64,000 nucleotides of DNA from Fibrobacter sp. (GTDB lineage Bacteria; Fibrobacterota; Fibrobacteria; Fibrobacterales; Fibrobacteraceae): the NCBI RefSeq assembly GCF_017545445.1, contig NZ_JAFWOM010000133.1, forward strand, positions 54,120 to 118,119. The letters are read 5' to 3'. Below are positions 17,879-28,084 of the stretch, one piece after another (the stretch's first letter is position 1; every line of letters starts with the position of its first letter). The position numbers and the translations under genes are program-made. The notes beneath the pieces are model-generated. The model worked only from the letters and a program-made list of their open reading frames with translations, made no database searches and was not told the origin of the DNA.

Positions 17879-20800
17879 CAAGATTGTCTTTATCAACAGT
17901 GCTCATGTGCGTTATGCGGAAATTGGCCTGAACGGTAATGTTCATTTGATTGGTACGCAGGGCGTGGGTAAGAGTACTCTTTTGCGTGCAATTCTCTTTT
18001 TCTACAATGCGGACAAGCAAAAGCTTGGAATCCCAAAAGAGAAAAAGTCTTTTGACGATTTTTATTTTGAACAGTCAAATTCTTATGTTGTCTATGAAGT
18101 GGAACGCGATGAGTCGGCATTCTGCGTGTTGGTAAGCAAATCGAATGGTCGTGCGGTATTCCGTTTTATCGATTCTCCGTACAAAAAGGAATGGCTGATT
18201 GACGATAATGGCGAAGTGACTGCTGAAATGGCGACTGTTCGCACTCGGTTGAACGGTTGCTATATGAGCCCGATTGTCGATCGCTACGAAATGTTCCGCG
18301 ACATTATTTACGGCAACCATCAGGCGGTGATGCGGAAGGAATTTTTCAAGTTTTCGATTGCGGAAAGTAGCCGCTACCAGAACATTCCGCGAAGCATTCA
18401 GAATGTTTTCCTCAACTCTAAACTCGATGCAGATTTTATCAAGGAAACAATAATTCAATCGATGGATAGCGAAAGTTCGTTTATCGACTTGGGATATTTC
18501 AGGCATCAAGTTTCGGAGTTCGAGCAGGAATATAACGATATCGGGCTTTGGTTCACGACGAACAAGCGAGGCGAATGCGAGACGCGGCTTGATGCCGACC
18601 GCGTTGTTAAAATTTATCATTCGCTTTTGGGACTCAAAAAGAATATCGAGGATTGTGGCAAGCAACTGAATTATTCTTATCGCGTGGCTAAAGAGCAACT
18701 CCCGTCGATTGCGATTGAAATTGAAAAATCGAATGAAGCCTTGAACGATACGATTCGCCTGATTAGTGAAGAAAGTGGAAAGTTTAACAAGGAACGCGAC
18801 GGGTTAAATGCGGACTTGACGCTTGTTAAGGATAATTTGAAAAAGTGTCGCGATAAATTCCAGGAATACCAAGCAAAGAATATTGATGAGATTCTGAAAA
18901 AACAGGAACGCGAAGGCTCCTTGAAAATCGAGAAAGAACGATTGGAAGAACGTCGCCGCCTCCTGACTCGTGAATATGAAGATGTCGCCGAAAAGTTTGA
19001 GAATTTGCTGAAACAAGTTTCGCGGGCTTTGGAAGAATTTAAGCAAAATCAGAACATTCGCCTGAACGATAAAAATGCGGAGTTGTTGGAACAACGGCAG
19101 CGGGTGCTCGAAAAATTTGAACAAATGCGAGAAACGATTGTTGCTCGGTTTGATGAAAAACTGGTAAGCGTAAAAAATACAATTAATGCCTTGAATGCAG
19201 ATCGTGTCGCTTGCGAAAAGGAGCTGCTAAGGCTTCAGTATGAACATCCGTTTAAAGATAAAATTAATGAATGCGATGAACAACTAAAATCATTGAATAT
19301 TCACGAAAGTGAAACGAAGGTGCTGAAGTCTGCATGCCAAGCGGAGTTGAACAAACTTTCTGCTCAACGAGATGCCGAGCTGGAACGCAATCGCGTTGAA
19401 TACGAAAAAGAGAATGATGCCTTGGTTGCGGAAAATCGAGGCTTTGCCGCTCAGCTCAAAAGCCTTGACGATTTGCTGGAACGGCAAAAGGGTTCGCTTT
19501 ATGAATGGCTTAGCCAGAATAAACCGGGTTGGGAAAATTCTATTGGCAAGGTAGTCGATGAGGAATCGGTTCTGTACAATACGGATCTTTCTCCGGAACT
19601 TGTAGATGGAGACGCTCTTTTCGGCGTGAAAATCAATCTTGAAGATTTGCCGATTCGTGTGCGAACGCCCGAAGAAATTGCGACCGAGAAAAAATCAATT
19701 TTGAAGTCCGTTGAAGACAACAAGTCAAAACAGACGGAATTGTCGGATGCTCTTGAAAAGAATAATTCGGCGGTAGAACGCTCGTATGCCCCTAAGATTA
19801 AGCCGCTTTTGGAAAATATCAGAAACGCCGAAAATGAACTCGTGCAGATTCCGATAAAGCGTAAGCGTTTGGAAAATGAACGCGAAAAATGGATTCGCGA
19901 TGATGCTGCGAAAATTGAAAAACGTAAGAATGAAATTCAGTCGCAACAGAATGTCATCTCTGAAAAACTGTTGAATGCCGAGGAACAGCAGAATAAAATT
20001 ATCGCAGATAAAAATCGCGAACTGAAAGCAAACGAAAAAGCGAAACAGCAAGAAAATGAATCTCTTCAAAATGCGTTTAATGATTTCCGCGTGCAGATTC
20101 TTGCAGAAATTGAAACACGAAAGAACGAAGCGGAAAACGAGCGTAAATTGTTGTTGCAGCAGCGTGACGAAGAGTTGAAAAATAAGAATGTCGATGTCAG
20201 CGTTTTGAAGGAATGCGAAGCGGAAATTGATAATGTACAGCAACAGCTAAACGAAATAGAACGGAATCGCGATTTTGTCGCTCGTTATCGATACGACAAG
20301 CAGGAATTCTTCGATCATGAAGACGAATTCAAAAATGAAAAACGCGATTTAGAAAGTCGTTTGAACGATTTGCAACAAAAGTTCAATGCTCGCAAGGAAC
20401 GCCTTGAAGCGAAGCGAGCGGAACAAAATAAAATTTTGCAGCAGAACCGCGAAACGGATCGCAAATTGAAGGAGTCCGTTGAAGAAACGGATAAATTCTC
20501 CGTTTCAAGTTTCTGCCCAGAAAATATAAAGAGCGTTGGCGAAACACCGAATGCCCGTCTCTGTACTGAAATTTTGACTGAACTCAAGGAATCGTTGATG
20601 AACGCTCAAAAGCGAAGCAAGGAACTTGAGATGTCTATTAACAAGTTCAAGGGGCGTTTTTCCAGACGTAACACGTTCAAGTTCAAGATGGAATTGAATA
20701 GCGAAAGCGATTTCATGGATTTTGCGGACAATTTGAGCGACTTTTTGTTGAACGAAAAGATTGAGGAATATCGCAAACGTACGAGCGGTCGATATTCCGA

Positions 20801-21521
20801 CATTTTGGCTCGCGTTGCAAAAGAAGTTGGCGATGTTACGCGTCAAAAATCTGAAATCGAGAAAATTGTTTTGAATATTAATCGCGATTTTGTCGAAAAG
20901 AATTTTGCAGGCGTAATCAAGAGTATCGCTTTGCGTACCGAAGAATCGAATGACAAGCTGATGCGTTTGATGCTTGCGATGCAGAGATTCTATGCAGAAA
21001 ATCAGTATGCGTTGGGTGAATTAAACTTGTTCTCAATGGGCGATACGGAAAGTGCGAATCGCGGAGCGGTTGATTTGCTTTTGCAATTTGTGAAGTCACT
21101 AAATGACGAACCAACGCGTAATACATTGAAACTTTCGGATGCGTTCCGCTTGCAGTTCCGCGTACAAGAAAACGATAACGATACTGGATGGATTGACAAA
21201 ATTTCTAATGTGGGTTCCGAAGGTACGGATGTACTCGTGAAAGCAATGGTGAACATCATGCTCATCAATGTTTTCAAGACGCAGGCTTCACGCAAGTTCG
21301 GCGAATTTAAACTCCACTGCATGATGGATGAAATCGGAAAACTCCACCCGAAGAATGCAAATGGCATTTTGAAATTTGCGAATAGTCGAAACATTTATTT
21401 GGTGAATGGTTCTCCCACAACGCAGAGTGTATCGGAATACCGCTACACATATTTGCTCGAAAAGAATGCAAAATCGCAAACCGTGGTAAGGCCGTTAATG
21501 ACAAGAGCTCTAGGAGTGTAA
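17865..21521 (+). CDS. jetC: SMC-like ATPase (MksB/JetC-like)
   Basis: Walker A GTQGVGKST, long coiled coil, signature GSEGT, Walker B MMDEIGKL. Confidence 0.85.
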   Translation: MRSLNKIVFINSAHVRYAEIGLNGNVHLIGTQGVGKSTLLRAILFFYNADKQKLGIPKEKKSFDDFYFEQSNSYVVYEVERDESAFCVLVSKSNGRAVFRFIDSPYKKEWLIDDNGEVTAEMATVRTRLNGCYMSPIVDRYEMFRDIIYGNHQAVMRKEFFKFSIAESSRYQNIPRSIQNVFLNSKLDADFIKETIIQSMDSESSFIDLGYFRHQVSEFEQEYNDIGLWFTTNKRGECETRLDADRVVKIYHSLLGLKKNIEDCGKQLNYSYRVAKEQLPSIAIEIEKSNEALNDTIRLISEESGKFNKERDGLNADLTLVKDNLKKCRDKFQEYQAKNIDEILKKQEREGSLKIEKERLEERRRLLTREYEDVAEKFENLLKQVSRALEEFKQNQNIRLNDKNAELLEQRQRVLEKFEQMRETIVARFDEKLVSVKNTINALNADRVACEKELLRLQYEHPFKDKINECDEQLKSLNIHESETKVLKSACQAELNKLSAQRDAELERNRVEYEKENDALVAENRGFAAQLKSLDDLLERQKGSLYEWLSQNKPGWENSIGKVVDEESVLYNTDLSPELVDGDALFGVKINLEDLPIRVRTPEEIATEKKSILKSVEDNKSKQTELSDALEKNNSAVERSYAPKIKPLLENIRNAENELVQIPIKRKRLENEREKWIRDDAAKIEKRKNEIQSQQNVISEKLLNAEEQQNKIIADKNRELKANEKAKQQENESLQNAFNDFRVQILAEIETRKNEAENERKLLLQQRDEELKNKNVDVSVLKECEAEIDNVQQQLNEIERNRDFVARYRYDKQEFFDHEDEFKNEKRDLESRLNDLQQKFNARKERLEAKRAEQNKILQQNRETDRKLKESVEETDKFSVSSFCPENIKSVGETPNARLCTEILTELKESLMNAQKRSKELEMSINKFKGRFSRRNTFKFKMELNSESDFMDFADNLSDFLLNEKIEEYRKRTSGRYSDILARVAKEVGDVTRQKSEIEKIVLNINRDFVEKNFAGVIKSIALRTEESNDKLMRLMLAMQRFYAENQYALGELNLFSMGDTESANRGAVDLLLQFVKSLNDEPTRNTLKLSDAFRLQFRVQENDNDTGWIDKISNVGSEGTDVLVKAMVNIMLINVFKTQASRKFGEFKLHCMMDEIGKLHPKNANGILKFANSRNIYLVNGSPTTQSVSEYRYTYLLEKNAKSQTVVRPLMTRALGV

Positions 21522-21522
21522 T

Positions 21523-22422
21523 TTGGCGTACAATATTACAACAGCGTTATTGAATAAATTGATAGTTCTTGCCAACGGAGGTGAACTCCCCGCAAGCGAC
21601 TGTAAAGGAGTTATTTTTGCCGAATTGCTGAAGGAAGGTTTGCTGATTTCATTCCCAAAAGGACGAGGTTCTTTTTGCAAAGCTCCAAATGGAAATGCTT
21701 TACGAGCTTATCTAGCCATTCGAGATGATGCGTTCAAAGATTTAGAAAAAAGCGAAGAGATGTATCGTAGGCTTTCTTGGGCGGACAGTAGCATCAGACC
21801 GTTGGCCATGCGAAAGGAACAAGCTGTATCAACAGGTAATTCAAAAATTCGAACTGCCCGTAGTTGCAAGGGATTCTTGGTAAACTGCTATGAACCGATA
21901 CCAGTGAGTCTCAATGGAAAACATTTTGATTTGAATCCGCCTGATGGTTCATACGTTTTCATTGCGGACTATGAAAATTTCTTTATCCCTGAAAATGTGA
22001 TTGTTGTGGGAATTGAAAATATGGAAAATTTCCGCTACATCGGACGACAAAAAACACTTTTTAAACAAATTGTTCCTTTTACAAAGCCTCAGCCGTTGCT
22101 TTTTGTAGCTCGCTATCCGCAGTCTGGTGATTTAATTCGTTGGCTCTGTGAAAATGACAATTATTATGTGCATTTCGGTGACTTTGATCTTGCTGGCATC
22201 AATATCTATCTTACCGAGTTTTATGCCAAACTTGAGGAGCGTTCCGCTTTCTTTGTTCCAAATGATGCTGAAAAACGCATTGAAAACGGCAGCCGCGAAC
22301 GCTACGACAACCAGATTCTGAAATTCGAGAATATGAAAGTGACCGATTCGAGAGTTCAACCGCTTGTGAATCTAATCAAGAAACATCACAAGTGTTACGA
22401 CCAAGAAGGATATATCGAGTAG
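21523..22422 (+). CDS. jetD: Toprim-domain nuclease (JetD/MksG-like)
   Basis: IENMENF, HFGDFDLAG, DQE motifs directly after the SMC gene. Confidence 0.8.
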   Translation: MAYNITTALLNKLIVLANGGELPASDCKGVIFAELLKEGLLISFPKGRGSFCKAPNGNALRAYLAIRDDAFKDLEKSEEMYRRLSWADSSIRPLAMRKEQAVSTGNSKIRTARSCKGFLVNCYEPIPVSLNGKHFDLNPPDGSYVFIADYENFFIPENVIVVGIENMENFRYIGRQKTLFKQIVPFTKPQPLLFVARYPQSGDLIRWLCENDNYYVHFGDFDLAGINIYLTEFYAKLEERSAFFVPNDAEKRIENGSRERYDNQILKFENMKVTDSRVQPLVNLIKKHHKCYDQEGYIE

Positions 22423-22433
22423 CTGAAATCTTT

Positions 22434-24791
22434 TTACGAGCGTTTCTCTCTCCCATACGGCTTGGTGACATATACAAGGGCTGTGGTGAGCGTGTAATCG
22501 GCAATGAGGGCTGCGGCAAGGCCAATGATGGAAAGTAATCCGACGTTGTACAATGCGCCCATCGGGCTGAAGATGAACACAAAGAACATCGCGCATAGAA
22601 TGAATGTGGTCATGCCCATTGTCTTCCCGATTTCGCGGTAAGAGAGCAGCAGCGCTTTTTTGTAGCTGCCCGTGCGCTCGTAACCGTATTTGATGTGATT
22701 GTTCATGTGGATGGTGTCATCAACGGCGATGCCCAAAATCATCGGCATTACGATCATCGTTATCATGTCAAGTGGCATTCCCGAATAGCCCATGACGCCA
22801 CCGATTAAAAGCACGGGGGCAACATTTGGAATCATGCCGATGAGGCCAGCCTTGATGCTCCCGAATGCGAGAATCATCATGATAGCAATAATCACGAATG
22901 AACCTCCGAATGAACGCAATAATCCGTTCACTAGCTTGCCGTTCATTTCGGCGTAGTTTACGACTTCACCGACGATTGAAGTTTTGGCGTCCGGGAAAAT
23001 TTGCGCGGCATACGATTTTGCGGAATCGAGGTCTTTAACGATTTTCTTGGCATCGTACCCAGATAGTTCTATGTGGATGAATGTTGTTTTGTAGTCTTCG
23101 TCCATGCGTTCAAAGAGTGCGTCGGCATCTGAAATCTCGTAGAGGAACAGCAATTGCGTGAGCATGTCTTGCGCGTCGGGAATTTTGTAGTATTCCGTGC
23201 TGTCGGCGTTCAGCGTACGGTTCATTTCTTTCACGAGTCGCGTTACGGATTGCACGCGGGGCTTGTCGCCTGAAATTTTTGTGAGCTGGAGCGTGCCGAG
23301 TTTTTGTTCAAGCGTTTCGATGCGTTTCATGTTGGCGGGATTTTTAAGCGCGTCGCTTTCGTTGAATTCGACCATCACATTGAAATCGTAGAGGCTTCCG
23401 AGTTTTCCGCTAAGCATGTCCATGAGCCTTGTGACGAACGGGATTTTTTCGCCCATCGTTTTTGTGTAGTCCATGTTCACGTCAATGTTCATCACGCCTG
23501 GAATTTGCAACAACATTATGGCGGCGGAAATTGCGGCGATGATGCCGCTGTGCCTGCAAACTTTGCGACCGAAGAATTCAAAGAGAATGTCGGCTTTGGT
23601 GGCGCCGGCCGCTTTCACTTCTGTCGGGTCGGGTTTTGCGTTTTTGCCGAAGCTCATGAGAATCGGAATCAAGATGATGACGTACAGGTAAACCATGAAG
23701 ACGATGCCTGCCGAAATGCCGCCAATCCAGCGGATCGGGCGGATGCCAGCGAACAAGAACGAAATCAGCGAGGCTACGGTAGTGATAACAGTGAAGAGAA
23801 TTGGCCAACCGGTTTCTTCGACAGCGTTTATGACAGATTCGCGGCGGTTGCCCGTGCGCCTAAAATGCATGCGGAACGAATTGATGTAATGGATGGAATA
23901 GCCGACTGAAAGTGCCATGCCCAAAAGTACGGGGAGTGCGACCATGCTTTCGTCGCCAATGATGCCGAGCCAGGCGTTTACACCGAGAACTGATGCGATT
24001 CCTCCGACGGTTGCAATGGCGGGGACGATGACTCCGCGCAAAGAGCGTACGAATAAAATAAGGCATGCGAGCATGACGGCGAAGCCGAAGATGATGCGCA
24101 TAGCGCATTCACGCGAGATGACTTCGTTTTCTTCCATTTCGGTGTAGCTCATGCCGGTTGGGAGCATCTCGAACTTGTCGCTTTTGAATTCATCGGAGAG
24201 AATGACGTTGCGAGCGAAAGGTGCGATGCTGTCTTTGCCGAAATCGATGCCGCCTTCGTATGATTTCAACGAGAGAATAACCCATGTTTCTTTGGCGTCG
24301 TCAGAGACGATGTTGTTCACGAGAGATTCACGGCTCATGATAAGCGATTTCTTGGCGGCGAGCTGTGCTGAATCTGTCGGGATGCCGCTTTCGAACGGGT
24401 CTATGACTTCAAAGCCCTCGTTGTTTGCGATGGGAATGGATAAGTTATGCGTGAGTGAAACGACGCGGTCAGCGTAAGGGACTTCGTTTTCGAGGCGCTT
24501 GGAAAGTCGGTCAATGGCGCTTAAAACTTCGGGTGCAAAAACATCGTTAGCACGGACCATCACCATATAGCCGTCATCGCTGCCGAAAACGTCATTGAAG
24601 TGCGCTTGGTCGATTTTGACTTTGTCCCAATCGTCAAACCATTCTTCTTCGCTGCTGGTCATTTGCAGTTGCGGAAGCCCGAGACATGCAATGAAAGTTA
24701 CAAGAATTGTTACAAGTAAAATCAGCCAACGGAATTTGATTTGAAAACGCCCCAGACGGGCGAAAACTTTATTAACGCGAGAAACTTGCAT
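22434..24791 (-). CDS. MMPL/RND family transporter
   Basis: Two TM repeats, LGIAVDDTIH. Confidence 0.9.
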   Translation of the reverse strand: MQVSRVNKVFARLGRFQIKFRWLILLVTILVTFIACLGLPQLQMTSSEEEWFDDWDKVKIDQAHFNDVFGSDDGYMVMVRANDVFAPEVLSAIDRLSKRLENEVPYADRVVSLTHNLSIPIANNEGFEVIDPFESGIPTDSAQLAAKKSLIMSRESLVNNIVSDDAKETWVILSLKSYEGGIDFGKDSIAPFARNVILSDEFKSDKFEMLPTGMSYTEMEENEVISRECAMRIIFGFAVMLACLILFVRSLRGVIVPAIATVGGIASVLGVNAWLGIIGDESMVALPVLLGMALSVGYSIHYINSFRMHFRRTGNRRESVINAVEETGWPILFTVITTVASLISFLFAGIRPIRWIGGISAGIVFMVYLYVIILIPILMSFGKNAKPDPTEVKAAGATKADILFEFFGRKVCRHSGIIAAISAAIMLLQIPGVMNIDVNMDYTKTMGEKIPFVTRLMDMLSGKLGSLYDFNVMVEFNESDALKNPANMKRIETLEQKLGTLQLTKISGDKPRVQSVTRLVKEMNRTLNADSTEYYKIPDAQDMLTQLLFLYEISDADALFERMDEDYKTTFIHIELSGYDAKKIVKDLDSAKSYAAQIFPDAKTSIVGEVVNYAEMNGKLVNGLLRSFGGSFVIIAIMMILAFGSIKAGLIGMIPNVAPVLLIGGVMGYSGMPLDMITMIVMPMILGIAVDDTIHMNNHIKYGYERTGSYKKALLLSYREIGKTMGMTTFILCAMFFVFIFSPMGALYNVGLLSIIGLAAALIADYTLTTALVYVTKPYGREKRS

Positions 24792-25049
24792 AACATCCTC
24801 CCAAAAATTTTGCCCGAAAATAATATAACGTGTAGCGTTTTTCTACTCCAATCGGACGCACTCAAAACGTGGGTGGATATAGTATGTGTTTGAAAAGTTA
24901 AACGGGGCTAAATCGCGTCTAAATGGAGTAGAATTTAATGATGAAATTTCTCTATTTTTGCCCCGAAAAAGTATCCACAATCGGAACTGTTTAAGGAGAT
25001 TCCCGATGGTTCGGCAGACTCACCAACCTTAGTCGGGGATGGCATAAAT

Positions 25050-25655
25050 ATGAAAACTACTGGAAAAAAATCTTCGAATACGCTGGTGCGTGACCTCGTG
25101 AACGTGGGCATTTTTGGTGCACTTTACCTTGTTCTTTCTGGACTTGGAGCGAGTATCGGTTTTATTCCTGCGTTTATTGTGGTTTCCACATGCGTAGTGA
25201 GCTTGGTGACAAGCGTCCCGCTATTCCTTTTCTTTTCGAAAGTCGAAAGACCTTTACTTTGCTGCGTGCTGCTTTGCACGCTTTTCGGCGTTGTCATGAC
25301 AATCTCTGGTCACGGAATTTCTTTTGGTTTACTTTGCGTGGTGTATGGCGTTTTGGCGGGCCTTTGCTTAAAGCTGTTCCACAAGAATTTTGTGGGATGT
25401 CTGCTTGCTAATGTGATGATAAGTTTTGTACCTTCTTCGATGATGATTCCGCTTTGGTCTTCGACCGAAGAATATTTGGCGTATTGCAGTTCTATTTGTG
25501 ATAAGGCTTATATTGCTCATTTGGCGGAGCTTTCTAGCAGCTATTGGCCTTTGATTGGACTTTTTGGATTTGGTGCCGCAGGTGCCGTAGTTGGTGGATT
25601 CATTGCTCGTCGCGTGATGAAAAAGCATTTTGAACGCATCGGACTTGCACAGTGA
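25050..25655 (+). CDS. MptD-family ECF transporter S component
   Basis: DLVNVGIF...MKKHFERIG, multi-TM. Confidence 0.85.
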   Translation: MKTTGKKSSNTLVRDLVNVGIFGALYLVLSGLGASIGFIPAFIVVSTCVVSLVTSVPLFLFFSKVERPLLCCVLLCTLFGVVMTISGHGISFGLLCVVYGVLAGLCLKLFHKNFVGCLLANVMISFVPSSMMIPLWSSTEEYLAYCSSICDKAYIAHLAELSSSYWPLIGLFGFGAAGAVVGGFIARRVMKKHFERIGLAQ

Positions 25656-26338
25656 AACTAGATCCGCGTACAAAATTGTTTTTAGCGGCGGTGGCAAATG
25701 GTATGATTTTTTCCGCTCCGCTAGTCTATAGCTTGTTGATGGTTGTTGTAGCGTCTATTTTGCTGTTGCTTGAGGGAAAGTGGAAATTTGTTTGCGCTTT
25801 CTTTTTTGTTTATTTGAGTGCTGGCTTTTTCTTTGGTCAGGTGAAAAATTTGGATATTGGTACTTCGGGTACGATTATTCTTGCATCGTTGTTTTTGATG
25901 TACCGCATTATGCCCGCTTGTGTTGTACTATATTATGTTGTAACAACTACCAAAGTCAATGAGTTTTTGGCGTGCATGTCGCGGATGCGTATTTCGAACA
26001 AGGTTACGATTCCCTTGATTGTGATGATTCGATTTTTTCCGACAGTATTTGACGAATCCCGTGCGATTGGCAATGCCATGAGAATGCGTGGAATTCGCTT
26101 GTTTAGCTTGCGGACTTTAAAAAGTCCAGTGGCATTCCTTGAATATAGGCTAGTACCGCTTTTGGTTTCTATTACGAAAATTGGTGATGAACTTTCGATT
26201 GCAGCGGTGACGCGAGGGCTTTCGGCAGAAACGAAACGCACTTGCGTTGCAACGATTGGATTCCGCTGGGCGGATTTTGTTGTGTGCGCTTATTGTATTG
26301 TTGTTGTTGTGAGCTTTACTGTAACTTGCTACCGATAA
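25652..26338 (+). CDS. ECF transporter T component
   Basis: LDPRTK, RFFP, AMRMRG, TRG. Confidence 0.9.
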   Translation: MKLDPRTKLFLAAVANGMIFSAPLVYSLLMVVVASILLLLEGKWKFVCAFFFVYLSAGFFFGQVKNLDIGTSGTIILASLFLMYRIMPACVVLYYVVTTTKVNEFLACMSRMRISNKVTIPLIVMIRFFPTVFDESRAIGNAMRMRGIRLFSLRTLKSPVAFLEYRLVPLLVSITKIGDELSIAAVTRGLSAETKRTCVATIGFRWADFVVCAYCIVVVVSFTVTCYR

Positions 26339-26378
26339 TGAATTCGTTGCTTTCATTGTCTTCTTTGTTCTTTTTATT

Positions 26379-26451
26379 GTCATCCCGGCCTAGTGCCGGG
26401 ATCGGCATGTGTATTTCGCAATAACTGGCCCCGGAATAAATCCGGGGTGAC
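26379..26451. repeat. REP-like palindrome pair
   Basis: gtcatcccggcctagtgccgggatc and ggccccggaataaatccggggtgac. Confidence 0.7.
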
Positions 26452-26481
26452 GAAAAAGAAGACTGTTATTAGGATGAATTT

Positions 26482-27993
26482 ATGAACATTTCTCTCAAAA
26501 ACATTTCCTTCTCTTACACTGATTCCCTTGACGATGCGATTCTCAAGAACTTGAATCTGGAAATTCGTTCGGGCGAGTGTGTTGTGCTGGCGGGGGAGTC
26601 GGGCTGCGGAAAGACGACGATTTCAAAGCTCATTAACGGTTTGATTCCGCATTATCATTCGGGAACGATGGATGGCGATGTGCTGCTCGGCGACAAGAAT
26701 ACCGCCGATATGACGCTTGCTGAAATTTCAAGAGTTGTGGGTTCCGTTTTCCAGAATCCGCGTTCGCAATTTTTCAACATCGATACGGATTGCGAGCTTG
26801 CTTTTGGTTGCGAAAATTTGGGAATGGATCCCGAAGAAATCAAGCAGCGCGTGGCGAATGTTGTCCAGGAATTCCATTTAGAGCATTTGCTAGGCCGTAG
26901 CATTTTTAATCTTTCGGGCGGCGAAAAACAGAAAATTGCGTGTGCGTCTGTTTCGGCGACGGGTCCTGAAATTTTTGTACTCGATGAACCTTCTGCGAAT
27001 TTGGACCTCAAGACGATTGAGGATTTGAAGGAAATTGTTTCGCGATGGAAAAAGGCGGGGAAAACGGTCGTTATCGTGGAGCATCGCCTTTACTATTTGC
27101 GTGATGTCGCCGACAGAATTTGTTATGTGAAGGATGGGCAAATCGCAGAAGAGTGGAAGCCTGCGGAACTCGAAGCGAAAGGCCCGGAATATGCGGCAAG
27201 CCTCGGACTGCGCTGCATGAATTTGGAACAATTGCGCGAAGGAATGGTTCGGCAAGCTCACCAACCTTGTAAGGTCCCTGAGCTTGTCGAAGGGCCGCAA
27301 GGTTCGAAGGAGCTGGATCTCGCGAAGCAATCCATAGCGAAATCCATTGTCTTTACGAACCTGACATTTGCGTATCACAAAAAGCATCCGATTCTTGACA
27401 TTGACCGTCTTGAACTCCCGTGCAGGCAAATTACGGCGCTGATTGGTCATAACGGCGCGGGCAAATCGACGCTTGCGCAGGTGCTTTGCGGATTGCAGGG
27501 CTCGTGGCGTCAAAAACGTGCAGCCCGCAAATGCGGTACTTACTTGATTATGCAAGATGTGAACCATCAACTTTTTACCGAGAGCGTTCTGGATGAAGTC
27601 CTGCTCGGCATGAAACCGCAAGACGAAAACTTGGCGCTTGAAATTCTTGAAGGTCTCAATCTCAAACAATATGCGGACAATCATCCGATGGCTCTTTCGG
27701 GCGGGCAAAAACAGCGTGTCGCTATCGGCAGTGGAATTTCGAGCGGTTGCGATGTCGTTGTCTTTGATGAACCCACAAGCGGTCTTGACTATAGGCAAAT
27801 GCTTGCTGTTTCTGCAACTCTTAAAAAGCTTGCCGCTAGTGGAAAAACGCTACTCGTGATTACGCATGACCCCGAATTTATTTTGAACAGTTGCCAATCT
27901 GTGATTCGTATGGAACATGGAAAAATCGTGGAACAGTATCCGCTTTCAGGAAATGAAAATCAGCTCATCAAGACGATGACCGGAAAACTATAG
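26482..27993 (+). CDS. ECF transporter duplicated ATPase
   Basis: Two Walker A (GESGCGKT, GHNGAGKS) and two LSGG motifs. Confidence 0.93.
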   Translation: MNISLKNISFSYTDSLDDAILKNLNLEIRSGECVVLAGESGCGKTTISKLINGLIPHYHSGTMDGDVLLGDKNTADMTLAEISRVVGSVFQNPRSQFFNIDTDCELAFGCENLGMDPEEIKQRVANVVQEFHLEHLLGRSIFNLSGGEKQKIACASVSATGPEIFVLDEPSANLDLKTIEDLKEIVSRWKKAGKTVVIVEHRLYYLRDVADRICYVKDGQIAEEWKPAELEAKGPEYAASLGLRCMNLEQLREGMVRQAHQPCKVPELVEGPQGSKELDLAKQSIAKSIVFTNLTFAYHKKHPILDIDRLELPCRQITALIGHNGAGKSTLAQVLCGLQGSWRQKRAARKCGTYLIMQDVNHQLFTESVLDEVLLGMKPQDENLALEILEGLNLKQYADNHPMALSGGQKQRVAIGSGISSGCDVVVFDEPTSGLDYRQMLAVSATLKKLAASGKTLLVITHDPEFILNSCQSVIRMEHGKIVEQYPLSGNENQLIKTMTGKL

Positions 27994-28084
27994 AGACTGT
28001 AATTGAATAATTTTCAATATCATAATGATTAGTCATTCTCCGAAGGAGAATCCATACATTTTTTTTGCGAACTGCGCAAACCGC

